Shown: positions 37,290 to 50,803 of the stretch, in pieces
Numbering within the stretch: the first letter of the stretch is position 1
Layout: each line of letters opens with the position of its first letter
Assembly (NCBI GenBank): GCA_038087875.1
Contig: CM075994.1
Coordinates: 11,348,001 to 11,412,000 of the forward strand
DNA length: 64,000 nt
Origin: Malacoraja senta
Taxonomy: Eukaryota
Reading direction: 5' to 3'
Made by a program: the position numbers and the translations under genes
The notes under the pieces: model-generated
What the model was told of the DNA's origin: nothing
Seen by the model: the letters and a program-made list of their open reading frames with translations, nothing else
The model's database searches: none

Positions 37290-38075
37290 AGAACTCTCTC
37301 TCTCTCTCCAATTCTCTCTCGCTCTCCCCTTCTCTCCCCCTTTCTCTCTCTCTCCCCTACTCTCCCCCTCTCTCTCTCCCTCTCTCTTTCGCTCCCCCTC
37401 TCTCTCTCCCCCTCTCTCTCTCCCCCTCTCTCTCTCTCTCCCCTTCTCTCTCCAATTCTCTCTCCCCCTCTCTCCCTCTCCCCCTTCCTCTCTCTCTCTC
37501 CAATTTCTTCTTCTCTCTCCCCCCCCTCTCTCTCTCACTTTCTCTCCTATTTCCTCTCTCTCCTCTCTCAAATTCCCTCTCTCCCTCCCTCCCCCCCCCC
37601 AATCCTCAACCCCAGCCACGGTTATATCTACAGTTCACTCCACGAGTGTGTGTGTGAGAGCCGAGCAGTGTTTCTAATTCTGACTCTGCTCCGTGAGCTG
37701 CTCGTATTGACAGTAATCGTGTCCAACTCTTAACTGAAAAAGTGTGGTTTGCAACTGAATATCCCCCCTCTCTGTCTCTCCACTGCCCCCCCCCCCACAC
37801 ACACACATACAGAGACACACACGCAGATAGAGACATACAAACACAGGCACAGAGACACAGAAACACAAGGCCACAAAGACACACACACACACACAGAAAC
37901 ATACACAGATACAGAGTCACACACACACACAGACAGACACACACATACAGACAGACAGACACACACATACAGACAGACAGACACACACACACACAGACAG
38001 ACACACACAGACACACACAGACACACACAGACACAGACAGACGCACACAGACAGACACACAGACAGACACACACA
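37290..38075. repeat. (CT)n-rich and (CA/CAGA)n microsatellite tracts; mirrored at about 61965-62605
   Basis: Directly visible low-complexity sequence. Confidence 0.95.
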
Positions 38076-38989
38076 GGGTTAAATCCCACCTGTACCCCGG
38101 CCCGGACATTAACCCCGACACCAATGGTAACACAGACTCAAACCTCCAACCTGGTCTGCTGTTGTACCGGTACCGAACGTGTTAACGCAACCCCAGATCT
38201 GTTTATCCACATTATTATTGTCTTTCGTTTCTGCTTCAGGTCTTTTAACTTTATCCCCCCGACCAAGAGCGGGCCGGTACGCCGCCGATTTCATACAAAT
38301 CAGAACCTTTCTCGCCCCCCCCTCTCTCACGCACACACCGCCCGCCTGCTGTGTTCGCTGCGGTGCTGGGGCTTGCTGCCCTGTAGACTCCCATACCCCC
38401 ACCCCCCCGGGTCCAGACCAGAGTCTCGGCCGCTCCGGCGGCAGCGAGTGACACAATTTAACGCATTTACTGAGGAATGTGGATCGATGCATTGATAACC
38501 CATTGTATAACTACTTGTTAACCGCTACAGTAGCAGTTAACCCATCGTTTATTATTCACAGCGGTTGTTATCCATGTTCGTTTTGTAAAAAAAAATCCGT
38601 ATGGCAAATTAAAAAAAAAAATCTTTATTTAACAAAGCGAATTTGTATTTCCATATGAAATACGGAAAATTAACGCGGCCCCCCCCTTGGGCGCGGGGCC
38701 CAATTTGGAAATATCGGTCCAAACTGCCTAAGGCCGTCCCTGGGTACTGTACATCGTACCCGGGCCCGGATTCCAAAAGGGGGCCCGGGAGCCGAAGGAG
38801 CAGGGCCTGGAATTTGTTGAAATCTCAGAAAATGTTTGCATATATTTTGTGAAGACTAGCATTCACATTTTGTGTGAGCCTACATAGTTTTATATATCGT
38901 AATTCGTAGAAATTGTGATCCACAATAAAGCGGGGAATTTTAACTGGCGGGTGTGCGGTCGGCGTAACCCGATTAAAAGACGAGGAAGG

Positions 38990-39150
38990 GGAAGACCCAT
39001 CACTACTGATGGATCTTCCCTGTAGGAGACGGGTGGAGCACTAGGACCCAACAGAGTCATCACTACTGATGGTGCTGCCCTGTAGGAGTGGGGAGGGGGC
39101 ACTATGACCCAGCAGAGTCATCACTACTGATGGGTCTTCCCTGTAAGAGA
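38990..39150. repeat. About 60-bp minisatellite (core catcactactgatgg); 3 cores here, 5 at 60780-61050
   Basis: Cores counted directly in both arms. Confidence 0.85.
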
Positions 39151-40074
39151 TGGGGGGACAAATATCTCTTCTAAGATCATCCCTCATCATGGAAAAGCAG
39201 CCAACATAATCAAATAGTTGTTCTACCCCGGTCATTCCTTCTTCTCACTGTTCTTGTCGGGCAGAAGGTTCAGAATCTTGAAAGCGCCTACTACCAGTCT
39301 CTGGAACAGCCTCCTCCCCTCCGTTATCAGGCTTCTGAATGGTCCTCCAGTCTCTGGAACAGCCTCCTCCCCTCCGTTATCAGGCTTCTGAATGGTCCTT
39401 CCATAAGCTAGACATTCTGGGTTGAACGGCCTGTTCCTGTGCTGTATTGATGGCGTTTCTTTTAATCTGTTGAGCAGGAATGCAAGGTTGATTTTCTGAC
39501 CAGAGTGGAGCTTACTTTACTTTAGAGATACAGCATGGAAGTTCGTCCTTCGGCCCACCGAGTCCACATCGACCATCGATCACCAATTAACACTTGGTCT
39601 CTGTTATCCCACCTTCCCGTTCACTCCCAACATACTTGGGGCAATTTACAGAGGGCCAATTACCCTACAAACCCGCATGTCTTTTGAATGTGGGAGAAAA
39701 TCGGAGCACACGGAGGAAACCCACTCGGTCACAGGGAGAATGTGCACGCTCCGAACAGTGAACATGGTCAGGATCGAACCCGGGTCTCTGGCCCCGTGAG
39801 GCAGCGGTTCAATCTGCTGCTCCATATTACCTCAGAAATATGAACCCTTCCATTTCCAGATACTGTACACTGCCCGACCTGCTGAATGCCGACAACGTTT
39901 TCTGTTTTTTGTTGGCATTTTATGTTCGGACTCACGTTCCAATCACCCATTTCACTGGAAAAACTTTAATAAACGCAGATGGTGAAAATCCAAAATAAAG
40001 ACATAAGATCCAAGAAATACTCTGTAGGACGGTTAGCGTCTGTCAAGAGAGAAGCTGCAGAGAGTTAATCATAA

Positions 40075-40750
40075 TCATAATTGTAATTTATTAGACAAGT
40101 ATCTTTTGCAACATACGAGGAATTTGGTTGCCATACAATCAAACAAATAAAAAAGAACAAGACACACAACTACATAAAATTTTGACATAAACATCCACCA
40201 CAGCGGCTCCTCCATATTCCCCACTGTGATGGAAGGCCATAAAGTCTTAGCTTCTTTCCCCCTTTCCTCCCGCAACTGGCGATCGAGCTCCCACGTCGGG
40301 ACGATCCAAGCTCCCGCATCAGGGCGGAGGAATCTCCGCGGTTTGGAGTTCCTGAAGTCGGTTCCTAACTAGGGACCGCGAGCTCCATGAAGTTAAAGTC
40401 CGCAGCTCCCTCAGGTTGGAGCACCAAAGGCCGACCCCTGACAAAGGGATCGCCCGCTCCGAGATGTTAAAGTCCACAGAATCCGCGTTGGAATCCGAGT
40501 CCCAGCCGCCAACTCCACGATGTTAGGGCCGCAGTGCGGACGGAAATAAGACACAGAAAAAGTCACATCTCCGTCAAGGAAAGAGATTTTTAAAAGGCGT
40601 ATCCTCCCCCACCCCCCGCCCACCCCCACACAAACACAACACAAAACTAAAGATAAACTAAAACATACAATTTACAACAAACAAAAACACAAAGAAGGAA
40701 AAAGACGAAGACCGACCGTTGGCGAGGCAGCGATTGTTCGCAGCCACCTG
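40075..40750 (-). mobile_element. Non-autonomous interspersed repeat with an (ATTATG)n-like tail; related copies at 42060-42230, 51650-52202, 57690-57850 and 59165-59850
   Basis: Shared block cataaacatccaccacagcgg..cactgtgatggaaggc. Confidence 0.65.
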
Positions 40751-41554
40751 GTGGTAAAACATCCAGTGAATTCCAGACACTCCAAAGAGTACGTTAATTA
40801 GCTTGGAATCATTGTAAATTGTCCCGAGTGTGTTTAGGATAGTGTAATTGTGCGGGGATCGCTGGTCAGCGTGGATTCGGTGGGCCAAAGGGTCCTTTTC
40901 CGAGCTGTACATCTAAACTAAACTCGACCTGAAACGTCACCCATTTCTTCTATCTAGAGATGTTGCCTGTACCACTGAGTTACTCCACCATTTTGTGTAA
41001 ATCTTAAGAAACTAAACAAATGGTCTGTTCTGAGCTGTACTATTCTATGTTCTATGTTAAATACTTGGAACTGAACTCGGACTATCTTTAACCAGACTTA
41101 ACTGGACTTTATCTTGCTGTAGACGTTATTCCCTTTATCCTGTATCTGTGCACCCTCAGGTTTTCCTTGATCAGCCTTTGCTGGCGTTACCTTGCGCTAA
41201 ACATTATTCCCTTATCATGTATCTATACACTGTCAATGGTTCGATTGTAATCATGTATGTCTTTCTGCTGACTGGTTAGCACGCAACAAAAGCTTTTCAC
41301 CCTACCTCGGTACACGTGACAATAAACTCAACTGAAATTAACTTTAGGATGACAGGATAAGTTGCAGTTACAGGAGATTTTCACAGCCCAGAATTAAGGC
41401 TACCAATTAATAAAGGGCTGTAGGTCGGCTTGGGGCAATCGTGGATATCGGTTTAGCAGAACAATAGAGCTTTGTTTACTCGAGGCCCTGCAAGAGTCTT
41501 GCTTCCATAATACCGGTTGCCATCAAAGCTGAAGTGAACAATAATCAGTCGGTA

Positions 41555-41850
41555 TGTGTAGGAAGGAACTGTAGGTGCTGGTTTAAACCGAATATGAACA
41601 CAAATTGCTGGTGTAACTTAGCGGGACAGGCAGCATCTCTGGAGAGAAAGAATGGATGACGTTTCGGGTCAAGACCTTTCTTCAAACGGTCAGAATCGAC
41701 TCGTGTGTAGGAAGGAACTGCAGATGCTGGTTTAAGTCGAAGATAGAGTCTGAAGAAGGGTCTCGACCCGAAACGTCACCCATTCATTCTCTCTAGAGAT
41801 GCTGCATGTCCCGCAGATTTGCTCCAGCCTTTTGTGTCTATCTTCAGAAA
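41555..41850. mobile_element. Inverted pair of Penelope-type pseudo-LTR repeats; hammerhead motif at 41746-41781 (+)
   Basis: CTGAAGA-agggtctcgaccc-GAAAC-GTC-accc on plus and a degenerate copy on minus at 41656-41688; mirrored at 58075-58365. Confidence 0.65.
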
Positions 41851-42926
41851 TCAGTTAGAGACAAGCTTTGAGTTTAAAGTCTGAAGATGTTAAAGGGGAT
41901 GATTGAGGTATAAGTGAGGAGAGAATCAGGCTGGCAGATGGCATAATAGATCTTGATTACACGATAATCAGAAACAAATATGGTCTGAACGAGAGCTAGA
42001 ACGAAAGCATTAAATTCTCCAAGTAAACTTTAGCAAGTTTTAGAGATATAGGTTTCAAAAGTCTTTTATTGTCAATGTACCAATTAAGGTAGAGTGAATG
42101 CGAATTACCATACAGCCATACCAAAAAAAGCAACAAGACACAAACGTGCATAAAAGTTAACATAAACATCCACCACAGCGGATTCCCAACATTACTCACT
42201 GTGATGGAAGGCAAAAAGTCAAATCCGCTTCTTCTATAATATCTTCCTCTATATAGCACGGAAACAATCCATTCGGCCCACCGAATCCGCACCGACCACC
42301 GATCCCTGCACAACAGCACTATCCCACACACAGTAAGGACAATTTACAATTTTACCGAATGTCTTTGGAGTGTGGGTGGAAACCGGAGCACCCGGTGAAA
42401 ACCCACGCAGGTCACGGGGAGAACGTACATACTCCGTACAGACGGCACCCTAATACCCATCTGAGGCACAAGCATTCCCAAATGGACAACAATGAAAAGA
42501 AATTAGGGCAGACACACAGACTGGAAAGGTTTGGAGGGGTAGACACAAAGTGCCGGAGTAACTCAGCGGGTCAGGCATCATCTCTGGAATTGGCAGATGC
42601 TGAAAATATAAAATGAGATGCGAGAAATACTCAGCTGGACGGTAGCGTCTGTGGAGAGAGAAACAGAGTTAATGACTCAGGTTGAACACCATTCGTCATC
42701 AGTATTAGATCTGAAATGTAAGGTCTGTTTCACCTTGCAGATGCTGCCTGACCTGCTGATCATTTGGGGCAATGTCTGCTTTTATTCCACATTTTAAGCC
42801 GTGCATTTGGTTTGAGCCGCAGGTGTGGTAACAGGTCGCAAAAGTAACTTATTAAATCAGATTTCCGCTGTTTCTGCAATTGTCAAAGCTAGTTCTCAAG
42901 CTGGTCTGTGGTCGCACCATGTGGCT

Positions 42927-42946
42927 TTGCTGCCATCTAGTGGCCG
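42927..42946 (-). promoter_or_regulatory. CTCF-consensus motif just 3' of the TRIM gene
   Basis: Minus strand cggCCACTAGATGGCAGCaa matches CCASYAGRKGGCRS. Confidence 0.6.
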
Positions 42947-44329
42947 AACCAAGAAGTGACGCAGTTAACGCGTTGAAATGAACGGATCGACAGCTCTGAC
43001 TTCAGTTGCTGTTTATTTCACTCTTCCCACATTAACATTCCCCCTGGATTTATTTCCGCGCTCACCGGGGTTTTACGATGCGGAATTTGGGGATTAAATG
43101 GAGCCGTTCAGCGCCGACCTGTTGTCCACCGGGTTTCTGCCCCACAGCCCCTGAGCCCCGCTCCTGACGCCGGTCCGGGGACCGACCGTTTTACACACCC
43201 GGAGCGAGACCGGAGCAGATTCTCAACCAGTTTATATCCCAAGTTTCGAAGAAAGGATAAAGTTTCTCCGTGAATTTATTCCCAGTGAAGGTGTGGAGAT
43301 TGGACTTGGTGTCCGCGTCGTAAAATGAAACTGTCCCGGACTCGTAACTGAGAGAAACTCCCACCCTCCCGGGGAAGAGACGGGCGGGGAGAGGGATGTG
43401 AGTGTATCAAACACGTCAACCCACCGCCTGATGCTCCAGACTCCAGTCTCCGGGCTCAGTGTGACCCATCTATTCCTCGCCACAGACTCTGCGGCAACTC
43501 CCAGACACCATCCCCGACCCCCCGTCACCTCCACCTCCCAGTAATGTCTCCCCGATGTGAATCCCTCCGATGCCAGCACATACGTCCAGACTGTAAACCT
43601 TTTCACGGTGTCAGGGAGACTCCTCCGGGGCCGGGTCAGTCTCACGCTCATTCGATCCTCAGACACCTCGAGCTCCGGATGCGCTGTTTCCACATCCAGG
43701 GTGACGGAGACTGGGGGGAGAAGCAGAGAATCAGAGAGTCCTCGGGGGTCGGGGGGAGACTCGGGCAACGCGGACCCGGGGGTGAAGCCGCTCGGCCTCA
43801 GGCATAGACGGGTGGACAACGGAAACCTTGACCGAGTTTCACCCACAACCACATCGGATAGACAACAGACATCTCTCCATGAGTTTTTATCCGGAATGGA
43901 GTGGGGAATTCCGTGAGGCGGGGGGGTGGACGGGAAGGATGAGTGCGGAGAGTGGGGAGGATTGCGAGATTGCGAGATTGCGGTGGGGATGGAGTAATGA
44001 AGCGGGCTATTCAGATATGGAGGCATATTTGAGCAAGAGCATATCTGACGTGAGTGGTAATTTGAGGGTGTTAAAGAGGAGGTAGAGGTGTGGTGTGGAG
44101 TCACCATGATCATAGTGAATGGGGGGAGACATGTGGGGCCAGATGATCTGACCTTCTTTGAGTGGAGGGTGAGAGATAGGGAGGGGTGGCTTGGACCTTG
44201 GAAGGAAGCAGAGGTTGAATGATCGGGTGATAGACATATGAGTGGAGAGTTGTAGTTGTAGGGTCGCTGAAAGAGAGTGGATTCACGGGTGGATTTGATG
44301 CGTGTGTACAAGAGCACACTGATCTCATT

Positions 44330-46310
44330 GTGAACCAATATATGAGCTTAACCGAGGGACTTGACAATGATTCGCATGTAAGCCTGGTCCAGAAAGTGAA
44401 GGGAGGTGGGATCCAAGGGGAGCTGGTGAAATGGATCCAAAATTGGCTTGGTGGTTGAAGGTAGAAGATAGCGGTAGAAGTGATTTTTCTGCTTGGAGGT
44501 CTGTGACTGGTGGAGTGCAGCAGAGATCGGTGCTGCAACCTTTGCTGTTTATGTTCTATGTTCATGGCTTGGATGTGAATGTAGGAGGTGTGATTATAAG
44601 TTTGTGCAGGACGCAAAAAATGTGGATAGCAGGGAAGGTTTGCAAAATCTGCAGCAGGATATCGGGTAAATTATCAAAATCGTATTCGCATGCATGGATA
44701 TCAGATCAAGAGAGTGCAGGTTTATTTTTTGAGCAAGGAATTTTAAAGTGGTTCTGTTGGAAGTTGTCTTTACACTGAGAGTGGGTGATATCTGGAACAT
44801 GCTACAGAGGAGGCGGTGGAGTGAGATATAATCACTATATTTGAGGCACAAATAGGTGAGGTGCAGAAAAATACCGATGTAATGTGAACAAATCTATTAC
44901 TGTAGCTGGGGAAAAGGTGGTCATGGACGTTATGTGCCGAAGGGCCTGATTCTGTAATGTACAACCATGGCTCTCAGCTCCAAGAGCACTCAATGACCGA
45001 GTAATCTCGGTCACCGGCGCAGGGAATTCCAAAGGTTCCCCAGTCTCTGCGTGCAGTAATGTCTCCTTATCTCTGTCCTACATGGTGCAGCCCACATTCT
45101 GAGAGGGTGCCCGTTCTCCAGACCACTCAGACAGGGGAAACATTCTCCTTGCATCCTGCCCACTAAGCCCTCTAAGAATTTAGTGTTTCACTGAGATCTC
45201 CTCCTATACACCCAAACTCTCGAGTACACAGGCCTAGTCTACTCAATCTCACCCCGCTCTGCAAACTCATTGTCATAGAAACAAGTATTGTTAATCTTTG
45301 CTGCATTTCCTCTGTGTCAAGTCTGTCAATTTATTGGTACACAGCAGCATATGAACACAAGAAAACAGGAGCAGGATTAGGATCGGCTCCTCAGGCTTGC
45401 CCCTCTATTCAATGTGATCATGGCTGATCTAAGCTGGCACCAATTCCTCTTCTGTGTGAGTTCCCCATAATCTTAATTTTTCCATCTATCAAATATTTAT
45501 TTTAGCCACGTTGCAGATATCCAATAAATCAGCTTTTCACCACCATCGTGGGAACCATATTCCAGATATTCACTGCCCTCTGAGAGATGTAACATCTACA
45601 CACCGCAAGAGAGGCCGCTCTGGAAGGTTGGATCTCATGGAATCCGGGGTGACTAGCCGATGGAATACAACATTTACCAGAAGGTCGCAGGCAGAGGATG
45701 TTGGTAGAGGGTCGTTTTTCAGACTGGAGACAGAGTCCACTGCTGTTCCTTATTTATTAACACTATTGGGTGTGTATGTAGGTTGCACGGTTAGTCAGTT
45801 TGTAGATGGAGCTAAATTTGGTGACATTGTAGAGAGTGAAGAAGGTTATCTGAGAGTAAATGGGATCCCTGTGAACTGGGCCACTGGGCTCAGGAACGGC
45901 AGGTGGGATTTATTCATGTGAAGGTGAGGTGATGCACTTTGCTGAGACAAACCACGGCAGGACATACACAGTAAACAGGGAACTTTATTGAACTGAGAGA
46001 TCTCGGGCTGCAGGTACACAGGGCCATGGAAGATGCAAAAGTGACAGGCAGGGTGGTGAAGAATGTGTGTGTCACTCATGCTTCCACATGTCACGAAATT
46101 AAATACAGTGTTTGACACAAAAATTTTGTTGGCAAACTGGAGAGGTTGGAAGAAGATTTACGAGGATTCTATCGGGTCTGGAAGATCAGGTGAGCTTGCG
46201 CAGGTGGGAACATTTGTCTTTGGAGCCGATCAGGCTGCCTTTATAGACATGTATCAGATTTAAACAAGGTGCACAGATAAGGTGAATAGCCGCAGTATTT
46301 TTCACATCGA
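44330..46310. mobile_element. Decayed CR1 fragments in TRIM intron 5 (mirrored at about 53590-55570)
   Basis: WRSVTGGVQQRSVLQPLLF (GVPQGSVLGP-like), QFVDGAKFG (KFADDTK-like), and CR1 tails. Confidence 0.7.
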
Positions 46311-46879
46311 ACTACAAGAGAAAGGGATTAAGATTTACCTTGCTTTACGACATCAATTGTATCTCTTAATACGGTGTTGAGCATAAAAGGGTTATCAAAT
46401 CTTTCGATCGGCAAGGCACCATCTACAACTTTCAGTGATTTGGCGTCATCATCAACCCTGCAAATATTTAAGGACTGGTTATAAATCGAGCAACAGCATG
46501 TTTTTGAGCTGTTCTACAAAAACTTTCAGGACGGAGCATGTCCTACCTCATCTTGCAACTAGCTTCCTCCTGCAAGAAATAAAACACAAATCGCAATTAA
46601 ATGAGATTGACTTTTCTCGTCACGACTTTGGGAATTTCACATAGTTTGCTACAAGCCTTTGATAATCCCTCTTTCCCAACTGAGATTACATCAACTCTTT
46701 CCCAAGGAGCTTGCGGGCAGTGCTGAGCTCCCATAGTTTATGAGGGAAGCCATTTAGTTTGGAACAACAGCAGCACATTGCAGGGACAGAGGGAAGATTG
46801 ACCCAGTTCTGAATCACTGGTAAATGTGGCATTTATTTCACAAATGTCACCCACCATTGTGTGAATGTGCACTTTCACC

Positions 46880-47537
46880 TATAACCATATAACCATATAA
46901 CCATTACAGCATGGAAACAAGCCATCTCGGCCCTTCAAGTCCGTGCCGAACATTAAAAAAATATAAAATAATAATAAATAAATAAATACTTCCCCCTAGT
47001 CCCATCTACCTGCACTCAGACCATAACCCTCCATTCCTTTCCCGTCCATATACCCATCCAATCTATTTTTAAAGGATAAAATCGAACCAGCCTCCACCAC
47101 TTCCACTGGAAGCTCGTTCCACACAGCCACCACTCTCTGAGTAAAGAAGTTCCCCCTCATGTTACCTTAATTCTCAAATCATGTCCCCTTGTTTGAATCG
47201 TCCCTACTCTCAATGGAAAAAGCTTATCCACGTCAACTCTGTCTATCCCGCTCATAATTTTAAAGACCTCTATCAAGTCCCCTCTTAACCTTCTGCGCTC
47301 CAAAGAATAAAGACCTAACCTGTTCAACCTTTCTCTGTAACTTAGTTGCTGAAACCCAGGCAACATTCTAGTAAATCTCCTCTGTACTCTCTCTATTTTG
47401 TTGATATCCTTCCTATAATTAGGCGACCAAAATTGTACTCCATACTCCAGAATTGGCCTCACCAATGCCTTGTACAATTTTAACATTACATCCCAACTTC
47501 TATATTCAATGCTCTGATTTATAAAGGCCAGCACCAA
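46880..47537 (-). mobile_element. CR1 LINE 3' fragment in TRIM intron 3 (mirrored at 52403-53015)
   Basis: LKLYKALVRPILEYGVQFWSP..ERVQRRFTRM..RRRLRGDLIEVFK; tail with (TATGGTTA)n-like repeats. Confidence 0.9.
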
Positions 47538-49204
47538 AACTGCAGTGTAACCCCCTCACCTTCAAAAATGACACGTTGTCTTTTAGATCCAGCAGTTCCT
47601 GTAAGCTTTTGACTTCGTTCTCAATAGAATTTAAATTCTCTTGAATCTCGTGAAGATTTGTCTCCATTATATTCTGAATCTTCTTCTCTTCCTCCCGGAT
47701 ATCTGCCAGTGCGCGCTACTCTTTCTCAGTGAGAATTTGGTGCAGTTCAGCAAACTGGGATGTGATCTGTGATTGAAGGTTGTGTGACTGTTTCTGTGAA
47801 ATGAAAGGTGAAGATCAACATGTCACTGTATTGTGTTTCCTCACGCCATGGAAATTATTATTTGGCCAATCGACATCCGGGCGTAGAGCGCAGGAAAAGG
47901 CCATTCCACCAACCATATCCATACTGGCCATCCTCACCAATCCCATTTACTTTCATTGAATAGATAGCTTTGATTATCTCGAGAATTCAACAGCTTTTCT
48001 AAATGCTTCGGAAATGTCACACAGAGTGAATCACATTATCCCATGAATCCCATTCCCCTCATCCAATCTCCTGCCGCCCATTCCCATCCACGTCCCCTTT
48101 AATTCCCATTGATTTGCCCACTACCTACTTTCACAGGGATGATTTACAATCTTCGATTGACTATCCAACCGGCGTGTCTTTTGGATTTGGAAGGAATCCG
48201 ACGCGGTCACAGGGAGAATGGCGTGAACCACACGGGCAGCACCCGAAGTCAGGATCGAACCCGGTCATCAGAACTAGGCGACAGAGGCACTACTTGTGTC
48301 ACTGCGCTGTCATATTATTACACGCATCACAGGGAACAAATCTACACAAGATCAGGAAATCCAAACTGGATAGCCTCACCAGAACTCCAGAAATCTTGTG
48401 TTTCTGTTGCTGCTTCATTCGCTGGAACCCTGATTTATATTTCGTGAGGGATTCGATGGAAGCTTTAATCTGATCCTGGGATTGAGTTTGGGAATCAGAT
48501 AATTGAATTGTTAGACAAGAAAGATGGAATTAAACAATGATGCGATCAAAATTGGTTTGCTTTTACCTTGTAGGTTTCAACAGCTTCTTTAACCGGTATG
48601 AAGCTGTGAGACTTGTGTTCCCGCCCAGCTGCACAAATCACACAGATCAGCTTCTTGTCAGTTTCATAAAACAGCTTCAGTTCTTGCTGATGTTCCTCGC
48701 ACTGAAGTTCACTTTCCTTCTCTGTCCGATTCAGGCTCAGTGTTCGAGCTTTCTCAGACAGTCTCGCCAAGGCCCGACTAACGCCGAAGGTGCGGTCTGT
48801 AAACTCCTCTCTACAATCTGTGCAGGAGTTTCTCTCCTCCATGTCCCAACTCTGTGTGATACAGGAGCGGCAGAAGTTGTGCCCACACTCCAGTGTAACC
48901 GGATCGGTGAAGAAATCCATGCAGGTGGGACAAACTACCTCCTCGGTTAAACTCTCGAATCTGTCTTTCGAAGCCATTTTAACTGCGCTACTTCCTGGTT
49001 CAAAACGCATTCACTTTTCCGAAACTGCTGAACCCCTGCAGTGTCGCGAGTGTCTACATCGCACCCTGCCGTATCGGGGAATGAATGTTATTTGCGTGAA
49101 GGTGTCCTGGCCGCTTCCAACTAATCTCACACGAGGGAGGGATCAGTTAGATATTAAACAGCCCCTGAACAGCGCTTGCGGCAGTCGAAGGCAGAACAGA
49201 TTGC

Positions 49205-49695
49205 TGGAAAGAGAGCAGGAAAGATTTACGTGGATGTTGCCAGGACTCGAGGTCACGAGCGAATGGGAGAAGTTGGGCACGGTAGGACTTTATTACTTGG
49301 AGCGCAGGAGGCAGCGGGGGTAATCTGATAGAGGTGTATACGATCACGAGGGGAATAGATGGGGTGAATGCACAGAGTATTTTTTCCCAGAACTTTTGTG
49401 GGAATCAAGAACCACAGGAATTATGTTTAAGTTGAGAGGGAAAAGATTTAACAGAAATCCGAGGGGTAACTTTTCACATCGAAGGTGGTGGCTGTGTTAA
49501 ACAAACTAGGAGGGCAGGTAGACGAGGTCAGATATAACTGCATTGAAACGCCGTGTTTGGACAGGTTCGTGGTTAGGAAAGGAAAGAGGGAAATGGGCCA
49601 AACGCGGGCTGGTGGGATTTGTGCTGATGGGGCATCTTGGTGCCATGGGCAAGTTGGGCCGAAAGGCCTGTTTCCGTGCAGTATGACTCTATAAC
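49205..49695 (+). mobile_element. CR1 LINE 3' fragment
   Basis: ERFTWMLPGLE..LERRRQRG and tail gggccgaaaggcctgtttcc. Confidence 0.8.
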
Positions 49696-49927
49696 TGTGA
49701 GGAAGGGACAGGGCCGGCGCTAACGAGGACTCAGATGTAAATGAACCCGCCGCCGGCACCTCCAGAGAGAGAGAGAGCGGCGAAGGAAGAGAAAGAGCGC
49801 GGAGAGAGAGAGAGAGAGAAGGGGGGTTGGAGCGCGGAGAGGTGAGGAGTGTGAGTAGAAGGAGAGAGAGTGCGGAGAAGGAGTGAGATGGAGAGCGGAG
49901 GGAGGGCGGAGAGTAGGAGAGAGAGAG

Positions 49928-49958
<31 letters not shown>

Positions 49959-50803
49959 CGTGTTGGATTGGTGGATTGCTGTATCAGCACCACCCATATC
50001 ACCATTTGAGCCCGACGACGCACCTTACATGACAGTAACAATGTGGTTTCCTGTGGTGTTTCCTCAAGCATTTCTTCCAGCACAGATACGTCATCGGCCT
50101 TATATGGTGATATGTGGCGGCGCGATATAGCACTCACCAATAGGCACAAATTGTGCATCCCGGCAATATGTGGTTGTACACTTTAAAAGCGCCAGAGCGG
50201 GTTAATCTCATAATTAGCAATCGAGAGTGCCCTGGATCTCAGTTCTCCGACGTTACTGGTGAGTTTACCTTCTCTCCCCTCCCGGCTCCTATCCACTCCC
50301 CCCTCCACTCCTCCTCAGACCGCGGCTTTGAAGGAGACATCGACACTCTGAGCTCAGGAAGGGAGACCGAGGTGCTGCTGAAGGAGACGAGACTTCAAGC
50401 TTCAGGGCCCCAAAAATGTAGGTCCACCACTGTATGTAATCGCTGGCCGGCACGGACTCGGTGGTGCCGAAGGTCCTGTTTCCTGCGCTGTATCACTGTA
50501 GTAAACTGAAGTTCGGTGAGAAGGGAGGAATGCAGCAGGTTTTGAGCCGAGTCTAAAGCATCACAACAGGTCTGTAAACCTCAGCTACCGCCGGTACAGA
50601 AGCGGAGAGAGAGGGCAGTTCATGTTCCCCTCCTTCTCTGCTCCTCTTTCCGTTCTCTACTTCTACCCCCACTCCCTTGGCACTGACACCTCCCTCTCTC
50701 CCCTCTAGCCCAGCCCAGCGTGCCGCTTGACTCGGGGGGATTCAGCACAGCCTGGAGTCGGTCGGCAGACGTGACCGGGACCGGGACCGGGACATCGCGA
50801 GTG

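Larger units (their letters stand above)
35903..47499. repeat. Left arm of a large inverted duplication
   Basis: Reverse complement of 52403-64000; mirrored ORFs throughout (e.g. 44835/54864, 42359/57298, 39768/59969). Confidence 0.96.
43191..48977 (-). pseudogene. TRIM E3 ligase (RING-Bbox-coiled coil-PRY/SPRY; TRIM39/A33-like), disrupted. Exons 48977-48567, 48475-48380, 47793-47560, 46569-46547, 46457-46339, 43710-43191
   Basis: C3HC4 RING CPTC..CGHNFCRSC..CTDC; B-box; GT-AG exons of 411/96/234/23/119/520 bp with consistent phases; B30.2 motifs TLDVETAHP and GRHYWEVEV. TAG at 47716-47718 and a 10-nt deletion in the last exon. Confidence 0.92.

Noticed and set aside
37012..38495. Long ORFs (up to 248 aa) here and mirrored at 61589-62883
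   Set aside because: Translations of (CT)n, (CA)n and (GA)n microsatellites with no domain content.
38990..39150. Repeats with variable intervening sequence resembling a CRISPR array (also 1620-1790 and 60780-61050)
   Set aside because: The intervening segments are homologous to each other, the context is vertebrate and there are no cas genes; these are minisatellite or retroelement tandem units.
43232..44338. 368-aa ORF as a single-exon gene
   Set aside because: Only 43710 downward is the TRIM last exon; the N-terminal part is intronic repeat sequence upstream of a clear acceptor.
49008..49022. IRF/ISRE-like ggaaaagtgaa upstream of the TRIM ATG
   Set aside because: An imperfect short match that probably lies inside the spliced 5' UTR; cannot be supported.
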